A DNA stretch of 64,000 bases, taken from an uncultured delta proteobacterium. Lineage in GTDB: Bacteria; Desulfobacterota; Syntrophia; Syntrophales; Fen-1087. The translations under genes were made by a program, and so were the position numbers. The stretch covers positions 341,247 to 405,246 of the forward strand of contig CAVPSX010000012.1 of the NCBI GenBank assembly GCA_963708515.1, read 5' to 3'. Of this stretch, positions 51,884-63,100 are shown piece by piece; position 1 is the first letter of the stretch, and each line of letters starts with the position of its first letter. The notes under the pieces were generated by a model. It worked only from the letters and a program-made list of their open reading frames with translations, was not told the DNA's origin and made no database searches.

Positions 51884-52507
51884 TCACGATTGGGAAACGG
51901 GTGCAATGAATTCCTTGTTGAAGGTAAAGGGATCCCGGATATCAATATGACCTTTGAGGGACTCCCGTTCCTTTCCTTCAATGAGAATCCTGACTTTCTT
52001 GATTTCCGGAATATTCGTGATGAGCGTATTGGTCAGCGAATAAATGGTCGCCATTTCGCTGGCGCTGCCACCGGGATGGTTTGCGGCAAGGTTTTGGCCG
52101 AAATTGATTCGGGCGGTTTGATCGGATTCGATTTTAACGCTGATAACATCTGCCTTGAGGGGGAAGGTATTCACCAGACCTGTCTTGGACCCGTCCACCA
52201 GGGCTTTAATGATTTCTTTCGCTTGCCCTTCCTGAGTCTTGTCTTTGGGGATATATCGCTTTTCCGGAAGCAGGAAGCGCTCGTTTGTATCCGAGAAATA
52301 GAGGATCACCTGCAGTCTCTCCCTGCTTCTTTCTTTCCCCCCCTTGCCGGTGACAGGCGGATAGACGGAATCAAAAAGGGTCAAAAAGAAAAAAACAAGA
52401 AAACCCAGCACGCCGGAAACGATCAGAGATAAAATGAAAACCCTGACGCCTTTTCTCTTCTTTTTATTTTTGATATCAACCGACCGAGTCTGCCTTTTCG
52501 ATCCCAC
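51884..52507 (-). CDS. GerMN-domain protein with an N-terminal membrane anchor
   Basis: K-rich N-terminus plus a TM helix, and a GerMN-like pattern (LQVILYFSD...FLLPEKRYIP...IIKALVDG...VRILIEGKE). Confidence 0.6.
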   Translation of the reverse strand: MGSKRQTRSVDIKNKKKRKGVRVFILSLIVSGVLGFLVFFFLTLFDSVYPPVTGKGGKERSRERLQVILYFSDTNERFLLPEKRYIPKDKTQEGQAKEIIKALVDGSKTGLVNTFPLKADVISVKIESDQTARINFGQNLAANHPGGSASEMATIYSLTNTLITNIPEIKKVRILIEGKERESLKGHIDIRDPFTFNKEFIAPVSQS

Positions 52508-52533
52508 TTAAACTCCCGTTTCCCCTATTCCAT

Positions 52534-53325
52534 CTATTTCAGATCTTTCAACCTTTTTTGTGCCTTAAGTCCGAATTCGGAGTCAGGCGCTGTTTTGACC
52601 AGGGCTTGAAACTGCGTTTTTGCCTCTTCCCAGTCTTTATTTTTTATATGGCATTCCGCAAGCCAATACTGGGCTTCAGCATAATCCGGCACGGCAGCAA
52701 GCGCTTGTTTAAAATCATACATCGCTTCAACAATATGGCCCATTCCATACCTTGCAAGGCCCCTGTTCTTGTAGATGAGAGGGGCCAACACCGTGTTGGG
52801 TTCGCGCATCAACGCTTCGTCATATTTTCTTACCGCCATGGGGTACTCGCCCTTCTGATAATAAGCCCAGCCCATATTGTAAAGGGCGGCCGCCGGGGTA
52901 TCGTAAACAATATTGGCGATAGCCCTGTTAAAAGAAGCGATGGCCATATCCCATTGCCCCGCATTGGAATAGATAATGCCCAGAAAATTGTGGGCCTCTG
53001 AATAATCCGGCTTCAAATCAATCGCTTTTTTAAACGCTTCGACGGCTTTATCGCTGAAGCCATTGCCATGATAGGCAATCCCGAGGTAAAAGTGGATACG
53101 CGCATCATCGGGGGTGTACTTTTCGGCCTGCAGGAGCTCCTTCAGAGCCGGTGTGTATTGATTTGCTTCGATGTACGCCATCCCAAGGTTCATATGAATG
53201 CCCGCTTGACGATAATCCCAGGGCGTCTTCAGACAGCCCGTCAGCAATAGAGATATCAGCAGGATGGCCGACAACACGTTCATCAACCGTTGTAAAAGGC
53301 TTCTATCTGCGATCATGATTTCCAT
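52534..53325 (-). CDS. TPR-repeat lipoprotein (PilW/PilF-like)
   Basis: Lipobox LLLTGC, with at least six TPR units (AxxYxxLGxxY patterns). The start is uncertain: M at 53325 or at 53283. Confidence 0.72.
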   Translation of the reverse strand: MEIMIADRSLLQRLMNVLSAILLISLLLTGCLKTPWDYRQAGIHMNLGMAYIEANQYTPALKELLQAEKYTPDDARIHFYLGIAYHGNGFSDKAVEAFKKAIDLKPDYSEAHNFLGIIYSNAGQWDMAIASFNRAIANIVYDTPAAALYNMGWAYYQKGEYPMAVRKYDEALMREPNTVLAPLIYKNRGLARYGMGHIVEAMYDFKQALAAVPDYAEAQYWLAECHIKNKDWEEAKTQFQALVKTAPDSEFGLKAQKRLKDLK

Positions 53326-53884
53326 TGATCCACCATTCATCCTTGTCCTTGAACCACCATTCCGAAGAATCCGTCCGCATGATGCACTCCGCCATTTTTT
53401 TTGCGTTTTCGGAACTAAGCCGTCTGCGCGCATAGTCGATCCATTCCGGGCTGTATTTATTTCCCAGATCGCCATATTCCTTCAGCAGAAGAATCAATGC
53501 CAATTGATCCGCATCGCGGGCAATGACCGATTCGGGCGTTTGCTGCGCATTGAACTCATCAATGGCAGACTTTATTTCATTTCCGAAAGGAAGTTTTTCT
53601 GTCAGTTCCAGGACAGCCTTGTCCTCATTAACGTCAACATATTTTTTGTTGACATAATTCATATCACCGGTCCTCGCTTCTGGAAGATCGTGAAAAAGAC
53701 ACAATTTCAAGACTTTATTTTCATCGGCATCCGGCAACATTTTACAGAGGGCAAAGGCCACAAAAAGGGTTGTGAGTATATGCTCAGCGACAGACTCACC
53801 CCCGGAACCCAGGAATTGAAACCCGGAACGCGGCGTTTTCTTCAACATGCCCGTTTCGAATAAAAAATTAACGATGTCCTTCAT
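53303..53884 (-). CDS. HD-domain phosphohydrolase (YfbR-like 5'-deoxynucleotidase family)
   Basis: Motifs ESVAEHIL and LFHDLPEARTGDMNYV. Confidence 0.78.
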   Translation of the reverse strand: MKDIVNFLFETGMLKKTPRSGFQFLGSGGESVAEHILTTLFVAFALCKMLPDADENKVLKLCLFHDLPEARTGDMNYVNKKYVDVNEDKAVLELTEKLPFGNEIKSAIDEFNAQQTPESVIARDADQLALILLLKEYGDLGNKYSPEWIDYARRRLSSENAKKMAECIMRTDSSEWWFKDKDEWWINGNHDRR

Positions 53885-53885
53885 G

Positions 53886-54104
53886 CTATTCCCGTTTTAA
53901 CATCTTGATGCGATTGCCCATCATTTCCGCGACTTTCCTGATATGCACCTGCAGGGCGGCAACGCCCTCAGGCTTCATCACCGCCAATTTGTCCAGATGT
54001 CCCTTCCATTGTTCAAGCATATCAATTTCATTTTCTTTCAGTTTCCGCTCAAAACGCGCCTGCACTTCTTTCATGAAAGCGGCCTGGTCTTTGAATTCGA
54101 CCAT
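53886..54104 (-). CDS. Hypothetical small helical protein
   Basis: 72 aa, ending 1 nt upstream of the HD gene start. I recognised no domain. Confidence 0.45.
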   Translation of the reverse strand: MVEFKDQAAFMKEVQARFERKLKENEIDMLEQWKGHLDKLAVMKPEGVAALQVHIRKVAEMMGNRIKMLKRE

Positions 54105-54532
54105 GGTTATATCCCCCGGTTACTGATGTTTCCAATGTAAATCAAAATGAACTCAACCTAATCTGCGTTATTATATCAATTATCCCGAAACTTGCAACCA
54201 TGAAATACATGCCGATACATAACTGACCAAGCTGACCCCTCGAATAAGAAATTCTTTTTCCCATAAATAACTTGACAGCCCCCTGACATTATAATATAGG
54301 CCCCACGGTTAATGCATTACCTTATCGTGTGCGTCACGGTTACAACGACTTCCATATATAATGAGAATGCTCAACAGCTTGAAACCATACATAAACTTTA
54401 TTCCCTTATTCCCGCCCCCACAGATCATTTCAGGGCTCCTAAATCGGTCAGGATGGACTTAATTGCTATGCTCGGTCATTTGCCGTCGGCAAATTGTGAA
54501 AATTTATTTTAATAAAGGGAGGTAAACAAGTT

Positions 54533-55729
54533 ATGGCGTTAGATTTTAATTTGACAGACGAACAAAGAATGCTTGAAGACAGTGTTTACAAATGGGCCGT
54601 TGCCTGGCTGGAGCCCCAGATGGAACACATGTACGAAGTGGACGAGATGCCCCCCACGATCTTCAAGGAAACAGCCAACCTGGGGATCAACGGGATTGTC
54701 TTTGAAGAGAAGTATGGCGGCACCGAAATGGGCTATGTGGAAACGCTGCTGGCCTATGAGACCATCGCCCGTGTGAGCAACGCCCTGTCCATGACCGTCG
54801 GCGCCAGCCAGACCCTGTGCTTCGACAACTTCCGCAGGAATGCGACGGAAGAGCAGAAAATGGCCGTCCTGCCCAAGTCCTGCACCGGTGAATGGATCGG
54901 TTGCCTCGGCATCACTGAGCCCAACGCCGGTTCCGATGCCATGAGCATGAAGACCACCGCCGTGAAAAAAGGCGACAAGTGGATTGTCAACGGCAGCAAG
55001 ATTTTTATCACCAATGCCCCGGTCGCACAGTTCATGCTGTTCTACGCAAAGACTGCTCCCGAAAAGGGGCCCCACGGCATCTCCACGTTCTTTTGCGAGA
55101 TCGACAAGGTGAAAGGTAAGGGCTGGTCCTGCGATAAGATCAAGAAATGGGGCATGCGCACATCCCCGACGGGGCTGACCACCTTTGAAGACATGGAGCT
55201 GCCCGAAGAAAATCTGGTCGGCGGCCTCAACAAGGGCGTCGCCGTCCTGACGAGCGGTCTGTGCACCGAGAGAATCACGCTGTCCGGCTGCACGCTCGGT
55301 TCACAGAGAAGCTGCCTCGAAATGAGCCTCAAGTACGCCAAGGAAAGGGTCCAGTTCGGCAAACCGATCATCTCCTTCCAGACCATTCAGGAAAAGATTG
55401 CGAATATGTACACCGGCTATCTGGCATCAAAGTGGATGGCCTACAGCGCCGCCGCGTTCTGCGACGCCCAGACCAGCAAATCCGGCGGTAAGGGAACAGA
55501 CCTCGACCGGATGGCTGCCGCCGCCCTGCTATATTGCGGCGAGATGGGCACCAAGATCGGCCTCGACGCCATTCAGATTCACGGCGGTTACGGATACTGC
55601 ACCGAATACGGCGTGACCCGTCACTTCCTGGATCAGAAACTCTGGGAAATCGGCGCCGGCACGTCCGAAATTCGCAGGATGATCATCGCCAGGGAGCTGA
55701 TGCGAGACGATTTCAAGAGCGGCCGTTAA
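54533..55729 (+). CDS. Acyl-CoA dehydrogenase
   Basis: 398 aa with an AGGGAGG RBS. ACAD motifs are present (GITEPNAGSD; KIFITNAP; QIHGGYGY; WEIGAGTSEIRR). Confidence 0.9.
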   Translation: MALDFNLTDEQRMLEDSVYKWAVAWLEPQMEHMYEVDEMPPTIFKETANLGINGIVFEEKYGGTEMGYVETLLAYETIARVSNALSMTVGASQTLCFDNFRRNATEEQKMAVLPKSCTGEWIGCLGITEPNAGSDAMSMKTTAVKKGDKWIVNGSKIFITNAPVAQFMLFYAKTAPEKGPHGISTFFCEIDKVKGKGWSCDKIKKWGMRTSPTGLTTFEDMELPEENLVGGLNKGVAVLTSGLCTERITLSGCTLGSQRSCLEMSLKYAKERVQFGKPIISFQTIQEKIANMYTGYLASKWMAYSAAAFCDAQTSKSGGKGTDLDRMAAAALLYCGEMGTKIGLDAIQIHGGYGYCTEYGVTRHFLDQKLWEIGAGTSEIRRMIIARELMRDDFKSGR

Positions 55730-55763
55730 TCCAGGTACATTCTTGATGTTCGATTATAAGTGT

Positions 55764-55802
55764 AAAAAAATGCCACTGCCCTGCGGTCGTGGCATTTTTT
55801 TC
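55764..55802 (+). terminator. Rho-independent terminator after the acyl-CoA dehydrogenase gene
   Basis: AAAAAAATGCCAC-(12 nt)-GTGGCATTTTTTT. Confidence 0.75.
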
Positions 55803-55884
55803 GTCTTTGCAGAAACAGGTTGTTTTTCATAGATGATTATGGCATATAGATACGCATTAATAACAGAAAGGAGGGGCATCATCC

Positions 55885-57027
55885 ATGGATATAGGCGTCT
55901 TTGAAGAGTATAAATTAGTGTTGAGCAAACTTGAACACCTCAAAGGCGATTGCACCGCACTTGCGTCCGGCCTGTCCGCGCTGGCAGATGATTTGCAAGA
56001 GGGTCGCCTTGGTCATCTGAAAGATATCGCAGACAGAATTCTTTTCCTGGAGAAGAATTTCAATATCTATAAAAAGGAGGCCCTGGCGCTCCCCGGAGCT
56101 GCTTCAGTACCTTTTGATGCCGACAAACTGACATCCATCGAAGACATTGAAATCCTCCTCAAGTCTTTCCATATCCATATGCGGCAGGATGCCTTGCAGA
56201 TCCTGGATGAAGTCCTGGCGATTATTCATAAGGAAAACAATGACTTTCAACCGCTCCAGAGTTGTCATGCCAAAGCAAAAGCTCTGCGGCAGGCCATTAT
56301 GGAGGTTGACATGTCGGGATTGTATCCGGATGTTCCAGCCCTTCTGAATGGCATCCACCCATTCAAAGAACTTCTTTTACTGGTTCGCCAGCATCGGAAT
56401 CTGGATGAAGAACGCATCGAGGAGCTCGAAGACCGCATACAGAATGCCTTTGGCCGTCTTCTGTTTCTCGCCATCGTGAGAGATAAACTGGATTTCTCCT
56501 CACGTCCGCTCGTGCAACCGGCTCTGGCGCCTTCTTCGTCGGAGAAAGAACAACTCGTAAAGAAGAAAACTGATGAACCTCAGAATATGAAGGATGCTTC
56601 CCCGCCGGCCCAGAAAAAGACGAGCGCCCTTGAGGATCCCGTCATCAATAAGGCCCCTGAGTTTCCCAGTGCAGAAACCATATTGCAGCAGCAACTATCG
56701 CCTGGCCGGCGCGAATCCGCGTCCAAGCCGCCGCTGAAGAAAGAAAAAACGGAGGAAAACAAAAATAATCTTCTAAAAGACCTTTCTCAAACGAGGGTTA
56801 AACTTGAAAGGTCTTTGAAATACGGTTTTATTCAGAAAAGCGAATACGGACGGTTAGCTGCCATCCTGCTGGAGATTGAAGCGTCGCTTCCGGAAAAGAT
56901 CGATTTTAAGGAGGCTCAGGAAAGTCTGTTATCGGTTCGCACAGCACTCGATGAACAAGAGGAGTCTGCCGTAGAAGGGAGACGGCTGGCCATGCGGGAG
57001 GAGTTTCAGCAAATCAGAAAAACTTAA
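55885..57027 (+). CDS. Hypothetical coiled-coil protein with a K/E/P-rich central linker
   Basis: 380 aa with an AAGGAGGGG RBS. I recognised no domain. Confidence 0.55.
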   Translation: MDIGVFEEYKLVLSKLEHLKGDCTALASGLSALADDLQEGRLGHLKDIADRILFLEKNFNIYKKEALALPGAASVPFDADKLTSIEDIEILLKSFHIHMRQDALQILDEVLAIIHKENNDFQPLQSCHAKAKALRQAIMEVDMSGLYPDVPALLNGIHPFKELLLLVRQHRNLDEERIEELEDRIQNAFGRLLFLAIVRDKLDFSSRPLVQPALAPSSSEKEQLVKKKTDEPQNMKDASPPAQKKTSALEDPVINKAPEFPSAETILQQQLSPGRRESASKPPLKKEKTEENKNNLLKDLSQTRVKLERSLKYGFIQKSEYGRLAAILLEIEASLPEKIDFKEAQESLLSVRTALDEQEESAVEGRRLAMREEFQQIRKT

Positions 57028-57150
57028 ATGTCTATCGCTGCTGCATCAGGCCGTCTCGGGTAAAGGAGCACATGAGAGAATAATCATGAATTCCCGGTCT
57101 GTCCGGTGCGGCTTTATCACAGGGGGCGCGTTATTCCTCCTGATAAAATA

Positions 57151-58122
57151 ATGAACTTCAGGGCCATCGCGTTATTTTCGGGCGGTCTGGACAGCCTTCT
57201 GGCGGTCAAGATCATCATGGGGATGGATATCGAGGTCGAGGGCATCACCTTCGAAACTCCTTTTTTCAGCTCCCAAAAAGCCAGGATGGCAGCCAAGGCC
57301 ATCGGACTGCCCCTTAGTGTGATCGACCTGACGGCCCCCCATCTGATCATGCTCAAAGCGCCCCGCTACGGATACGGCAAAAACATGAACCCCTGCATCG
57401 ATTGTCATACCCTGATGCTGAAAACAGCCGGTGCATACATGGAAACAGCAGGCGCTGATTTTATTTTAACGGGGGAGGTTTTGGGCCAGCGTCCCATGTC
57501 TCAGACGAGACAATCCCTCCATCTGGTGGCAAAGAATTCCGGTTACGGCGGCGCCATTTTGAGGCCTTTGAGCGCTCGGCTTCTCCCGGAAACAAAACCG
57601 GAGCGTGAGCGAATCGTCGATCGAACCAGACTGCTTGCCATTCAGGGCCGCGGCCGTAAAACGCAGATGGAGCTGGCCCGGCATTACGGCATTGCGGACT
57701 ATGCGCCTCCTGCCGGCGGCTGCCTGCTGACAGACCCCAATTTTTCCCGCCGGTTGCGTGATCTTTTCGATCATCAGCCGGATTGCCGGGTCCGTGACGT
57801 CGATATTTTAAAATTTGGAAGGCATTTCCGGATCCCGGATGGCGCTAAGATCATAGTCGGTCGCAACCAGAACGACAACGAGGCGATTCAATCTTTGATT
57901 GCGGGAAACGACGTGGTGATTCAGCTGGCCGACGTTGCGGGGCCGACTGTACTGGTTCCGGATGGCGGCAGCGACGAGGCGCTGGCTATCGCTGCGACGC
58001 TGTGCGTCCTCTACAGCGGAACATCGTCAGCAAGTAAAGTCCTATGCAAAGGTGCCGGTAGAGATGCTGTATTTATCGCAGAGGCCCTGTCGCGAAAGAT
58101 AGCACAACGAATGCTGATTTGA
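57151..58122 (+). CDS. PP-loop ATP pyrophosphatase, ThiI/MnmA-like predicted tRNA sulfurtransferase (no THUMP domain)
   Basis: PP-loop LFSGGLDS, then NPCIDCH, ILTGEVLGQRPMSQ and a late conserved Cys (PPAGGCLLTD). The start is trimmed to MNFRAIALFSGG. Confidence 0.65.
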   Translation: MNFRAIALFSGGLDSLLAVKIIMGMDIEVEGITFETPFFSSQKARMAAKAIGLPLSVIDLTAPHLIMLKAPRYGYGKNMNPCIDCHTLMLKTAGAYMETAGADFILTGEVLGQRPMSQTRQSLHLVAKNSGYGGAILRPLSARLLPETKPERERIVDRTRLLAIQGRGRKTQMELARHYGIADYAPPAGGCLLTDPNFSRRLRDLFDHQPDCRVRDVDILKFGRHFRIPDGAKIIVGRNQNDNEAIQSLIAGNDVVIQLADVAGPTVLVPDGGSDEALAIAATLCVLYSGTSSASKVLCKGAGRDAVFIAEALSRKIAQRMLI

Positions 58123-58135
58123 AAGGCCTAATCTG

Positions 58136-59680
58136 TCAGGCCCCTTGGCATGCCTGGTGGGCGGGCCTGAGCAAATCATAGATGGTTTTAACCGGATTAA
58201 ATGTTTCGAGGGGAACATCAATAAAGACCGTAATCCAGGAAGCCATGGCGCCATTCCAGAAACCCGGAAGTTCCAGCGCTCGCAGATCCCTGCCCTTCTC
58301 TGATTTTTTCACAATGGAAAAAGCCTGCTGATCGATAAACTTGTGCAGATCATATTTTTGACCCCGGTAATCCCTGATCCCGCAGACCAGATCCACCGGA
58401 TTGAAATGGGTAGCTTGAGACCAAACCCCCCGCTGGGCCTGGGAGTCTGCATTAACCTGATGCTCTTCTATGATCTGAAGCGAGTGCGTTCCATCTGCCT
58501 CATCTACCCAGAACGGCCCCCCACCGGGCTCTCCCTCATTTTTAACCATACCGCAAACGCGAATCGGCCGATTTAATTTTGCCAGGATCATGGCCCGTTT
58601 GTCCGCAAAAGACAGACCTGGAAAACCATGCGGGAATATAATAGAAAGCCTTTCCCTGCAAAACGACAGAATCTGCTCCATGTCGCCCTCATCAATGAGA
58701 CCGGTTGCAAGCCTTTGCACACACTCGAATATCCGCTCCTGAAGCGTAACCAGATAACCACCGAGGATTTTCTTGTAAAGAACCGTCGGAGCCCTGAGGT
58801 GATCGGGCACAACGTTGTCGATATTTTTCACAAAGACGATATCCCCTTCATCAAGCTGATTCAGGTTGGAGAGGAGTGCACCGTGCCCGCCCGGCCTCAG
58901 AACGAGGTTCCCTGCCTCATCAATGAAGGGGCGGTTTTGCATATCAACGGCGATGGTATCCGTGCTCTTGCCCTGGACCGATACCGCCATATCATAGTGG
59001 ACATGGTATTTTTGTTCATAATGCTTTCGGATACCGGAAAGGTAACATGCGATGTCATGCCGGTGCGCTTCGGAAACTGTAAAGTGGACACGGCAGACGC
59101 AGTTGCGATCCTGCGCATAAAGAGCTGCCTCAACGAGATGTTCCTCCAGGGCCGTACGGCTGCCCCAAGGGTATCTGTGAAACTTCAGCAGGGCTTTTGG
59201 AAGATGGCCGTAATTCAGACCGCTGGCCGTGAGGATTTCAGTCAGGATGTCTCGACAGCGCCCCTGCGCCGTCCATTCTGCGAGGCGGTTACCTTTTCGG
59301 GAGATCAAATCATCGAGATCATCATAAAAGGCAAATTTCTCTATTTCCGTGGCAAAGGCCTGCGCTGCAGCGTCTGTGTCAAAACTGTCGTTTTCGAGAC
59401 GGCGAAACCATTCCCTGAACATGCGACTGGCGGCCCCGGATGCCGGAACAAACTTCATGAATCGGCCGCAGGCCGCTTCACATTCGTGACGGCTGACATA
59501 AGCCTCAGTATCCCCGGCGGAAATGGATAAAATGCCGTCCCCGACGGTGCATGGCCGGTTCAGCCGGATCGGTGCGGCGCCGCTTTTGAACCGTTCAATC
59601 TGTTCCAAAACCTGTATTTCGGTCAGGCCGTGCGCCCTGATCTGGCAGATATGGTCAGCGGAAAACAAGTTATCAGGCAT
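58136..59680 (-). CDS. DUF4301-family protein (nucleotide-sugar pyrophosphorylase-like fold suspected)
   Basis: The N-terminus (GLTEIQVLEQIERFKSGAAPIRLNRPCTVGDGIL) and KFVPASGAASRMF are characteristic of DUF4301, as far as I recall. Confidence 0.6.
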   Translation of the reverse strand: MPDNLFSADHICQIRAHGLTEIQVLEQIERFKSGAAPIRLNRPCTVGDGILSISAGDTEAYVSRHECEAACGRFMKFVPASGAASRMFREWFRRLENDSFDTDAAAQAFATEIEKFAFYDDLDDLISRKGNRLAEWTAQGRCRDILTEILTASGLNYGHLPKALLKFHRYPWGSRTALEEHLVEAALYAQDRNCVCRVHFTVSEAHRHDIACYLSGIRKHYEQKYHVHYDMAVSVQGKSTDTIAVDMQNRPFIDEAGNLVLRPGGHGALLSNLNQLDEGDIVFVKNIDNVVPDHLRAPTVLYKKILGGYLVTLQERIFECVQRLATGLIDEGDMEQILSFCRERLSIIFPHGFPGLSFADKRAMILAKLNRPIRVCGMVKNEGEPGGGPFWVDEADGTHSLQIIEEHQVNADSQAQRGVWSQATHFNPVDLVCGIRDYRGQKYDLHKFIDQQAFSIVKKSEKGRDLRALELPGFWNGAMASWITVFIDVPLETFNPVKTIYDLLRPAHQACQGA

Positions 59681-59815
59681 CCTTTCTATCCCTTTGAGGA
59701 ATTTATTTCTTTTTTATTTTCTTGACCTTATTTTTTGAAATGGCCTTCTTTTCGCGCAATAATCGGGAAATGTCCTTCTGTCTCCGGGTCACATTTTCCT
59801 TGGCCATCGCGACCC

Positions 59816-60106
59816 TCACATGCTTTCTTCCATCGGCAGCATGAAAGCCTTCACGCCTGCACGCGGGTGGTTTTCCTTTAGGTATTTGACAACATCCTTG
59901 ACCGTATCGCTCTGGTCGGTCGGAATGGCCACGAACAGGACATTGTTTTTACCGGGCCAGGTATGCGTCCCGAGTTTCGGCTCGTGGTCATTGCCCTCCC
60001 CATGCGCCTCCTCCATCTTGGTATAGCGTTTGATCCCGGCCTTTTTAAACTGGGCGATGACGTCATAATCGGCCGCCTGCGAATAAACGATCATGAACAT
60101 TTTCAT
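59816..60106 (-). CDS. Small transporter-associated protein (PII/ferredoxin-like; resembles the PG0541-type family found next to RND pumps)
   Basis: 96 aa. Its start overlaps the RND permease stop (ATGA). It has a beta-alpha-beta composition. Confidence 0.5.
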   Translation of the reverse strand: MKMFMIVYSQAADYDVIAQFKKAGIKRYTKMEEAHGEGNDHEPKLGTHTWPGKNNVLFVAIPTDQSDTVKDVVKYLKENHPRAGVKAFMLPMEESM

Positions 60107-63100
60107 GGGGTCTGTTCTCCTTTCCTGAACCTTTTAAATTTTTCAATCCATTCATCGAACAGGTCGTAGGCGGACGGAACGACCACCAATGTCAAGAAGA
60201 GTGAAGTTATCAGGCCGCCGATGACGGCAATGCCCATGGGTGAGCGGGTTTCCGCCCCTTCGCCAAGGCCGAGAGCCACCGGCAGCATCCCGAATACCAT
60301 CGCCAGGGTCGTCATGAGGATTGGCCGCAGACGGACCGGGCCGGCCTGCAGGATGGCTTCGCGCTTCGTGAGGCCTCTTTCTCGCAGGACATTCGTGTAA
60401 TCCACCAGCAGGATCGCGTTTTTCTTTACAAGCCCCATCAACAGAATCAGGCCGATGAGGCTGAAGATGCTGATCGTTTTTCCGGCCAGCAGCAGCGCCC
60501 CGAAGGCTCCGATAAAGGACAAGGGCATGGAAAGCAGCACAAGAACAGGATTGCTGAAGCTTTCATACTGTGCAGCGAGCACCATATAGGCCATGACGAT
60601 CCCCAGAAAGAGTGCAAAAAGCAGATATTTGAAGGATTCCTTCATGGTGTCGGCTGCACCCTTGTATCGTGCGGTATATCCCGGCGTCAAAACCTTCGCG
60701 GAAATAGCATCCAGCTCCGACATGGCCTGAGCCAGTGGCTTTTTTTCAAGACTCGCATAAACAATCGTCGCCCGCTGGCGATCCACACGGTAGACGACAC
60801 TGGGACCGCCGCCTTCCTGTATCCGGATCACGCTGGCCAGCTCGACCAGCCGGCCGTCTCTTGCCCGTACATAAAGCCTGCCCAGGTCATCGGGATTGAC
60901 GCGGTCTTCAGGATTCAGCCGGACCCTGACGTCGTATCGCCTGCCCTTTGCCTCATCCTTGTACTTCGTAATATCCACTTCGCCGCTCATGAGGATATTG
61001 GCGGCGTCGGCAATACTGCCCACGCTGACCCCCAGATCGGCCGCCTTGTTGCGGTCAACATAGACTTTCAGCTCCGGCTTACCCGCCTCCAGCGACGTGT
61101 CCACATCGACGATCCCAGGCACCTTGGCTAATTCCGTCGTAATCTGACGGGTGTAGTTTTGTAAAACGTCGAGATCGAGCCCCCGGATGGCATACTGGAT
61201 CGGCACATTCCGGATTCCCCCTCCGATCAGCGATATGTCCTCCGCCGTGGCTTTCAGGCCGGGGATCTGGTTGAGTTTCTGCCGGATCTCGGCCTTGAGC
61301 TGCTCCTGGTTCTTGTTTCTTTCCGCCTTGCTCTTGAGGCCTGTGAATATGATTGCCTTGTTGATCTGTCCGGACCCGCCGGCGCCGAACCCCTGAAGAT
61401 AGAAGAACCGGTTCGCTTCCGGAAACGACTGGACGATGCTCTCGCCCTGTCTGAATAGTGCGTCGGCCTGATCTATCGAATGGTCCATCGGCGCCTCCAT
61501 GCGTACAATGAACTGGCCCTGGTCTTCGGCCGGAACAAATTCCTTGCCGATGAATTTAGTAATATAGAGGCTGAAGGCAAAAATCAGCAGTGCGAGCATC
61601 AGCACTGTTTTTCGATAGCCCAGGGAAAAGTAAGGATACGATGGTAGGCAGATCTCAGTTTTTTTATAAGCCCGCTCCAGGGCATCTCCGATTCCCACGA
61701 GAAAGGAAAAACGGACAGGAACCACGTCCGTCTTTTCTCTTTTCTTCTGCTTCAAGAGAATTGACGCCATCATCGGCGTCAGCGTGAACGACACGAGCAG
61801 TGAAACCATGACCGAAAACACGACGGTCATTGCAAACTGCCAGAAAAATCGGCCGATGATGCCTTTCATGAATGCCACGGGCAGAAAGATGGCGACAATC
61901 GCCAGCGTGGTCGCCGTGACGGCCATCCCGATTTCCGAGGTTGCAAAGGCGGCCGCTTCCCGCGGTTCCATGCCCTCTTCGATATGCCTGTAGATATTCT
62001 CGATGACAATGATCGCGTCGTCGATGAGAATTCCCACAGAGAGCGAAAGCGCCAGCATGCTCATGTTGTTGAAGGTGAAGTCGAAGGCCTTCATGATGGT
62101 GAACGTGGCGATGATGGACACGGGCAGCGCCAGGGCGCTGATCAGAGTCGTCCGCCAGTTTCTCAAAAAGAGAAAAACGGCCAGAATGGCAAAAAAACCG
62201 CCGATGATCAGATGCCCCTTGACTTCATCAATGGAGCGGTTGATAAAGGTTGATTGGTCGAAGGCAATGCCAAGATCCATGCCTGGAGGGAGGGTTTTGC
62301 GAATGTTGACGAGTTCCCGTTTAACCCGGTCGATGATGGCGACGGTATTGCTGCCGGACTGCTTCTGAATCCCAACGCTGACACAGGGTTTGCCGTTGAA
62401 TCGGGCCAGATTCCTTTTTTCCTCCATGCCGTCTTCCGCGCGGCCGATATCGCGGATGCGCACGGGGGCGCCCCGGTAATAGGCAACGATCAGGTCATTA
62501 AAATCCTGAATCCGCTGGAACTCTCCCTTGATCTTGATGGAATATTCCTTGGTGTCGCTCTCGATCCGGCCGCCGGGAATCTCTACGTTTTCAAGCCGCA
62601 AGGCCTGGGCAACGTCGCCGGGGGCAATCTGATAGGCTCGGAGCTTGTCTGCATCAAGCCAGATCCGGCCCTGCCGCAGCCGCATGCCGGCGATACGCAG
62701 GGCGCCGACACCCTCGATGCGCTGCAGTTGTTCTTTCAGGATTTCATTTGTATAGGTGGACAGATCGCGAACCGACTGGGGACCGGTCACGGCGACCCAC
62801 AAAATAGGCACGGCATCGGGATCAACCTTCTGGATCACCGGCTCCAGAATATCCGTGGGCAGCTTTGACCGGATCGATGAGACCTTTTCGCGGACATCCT
62901 GCGCGGCAAGATCAATGTTTCGTTCCAACTCAAATTCCACGGTAATGCTGGAAAAACCCTCCAGGCTTGAGGATGTGATCGTTTTGACCCCATTGATCGT
63001 ACTGATGGCTTCCTCGATCTTGTCGGTGACATCGATGTCCATGATCTCGGGACTGGCGCCCCTGAGTTGCGTGTAGATGCTGACAATGGGAAAGTCGATC

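Noticed and set aside
54312-54512. A 66-aa ORF, and a TTGACA...TATAAT-like sigma-70 promoter, in the 430-bp region upstream of the acyl-CoA dehydrogenase gene.
   Set aside because: The ORF has no RBS and an odd composition. The TTGACA/TATAAT pair is only 12 nt apart, and the alternative 17-nt spacing gives a poor -10 (TATAGG). This is too weak to annotate, although the long leader may hold a regulator site.
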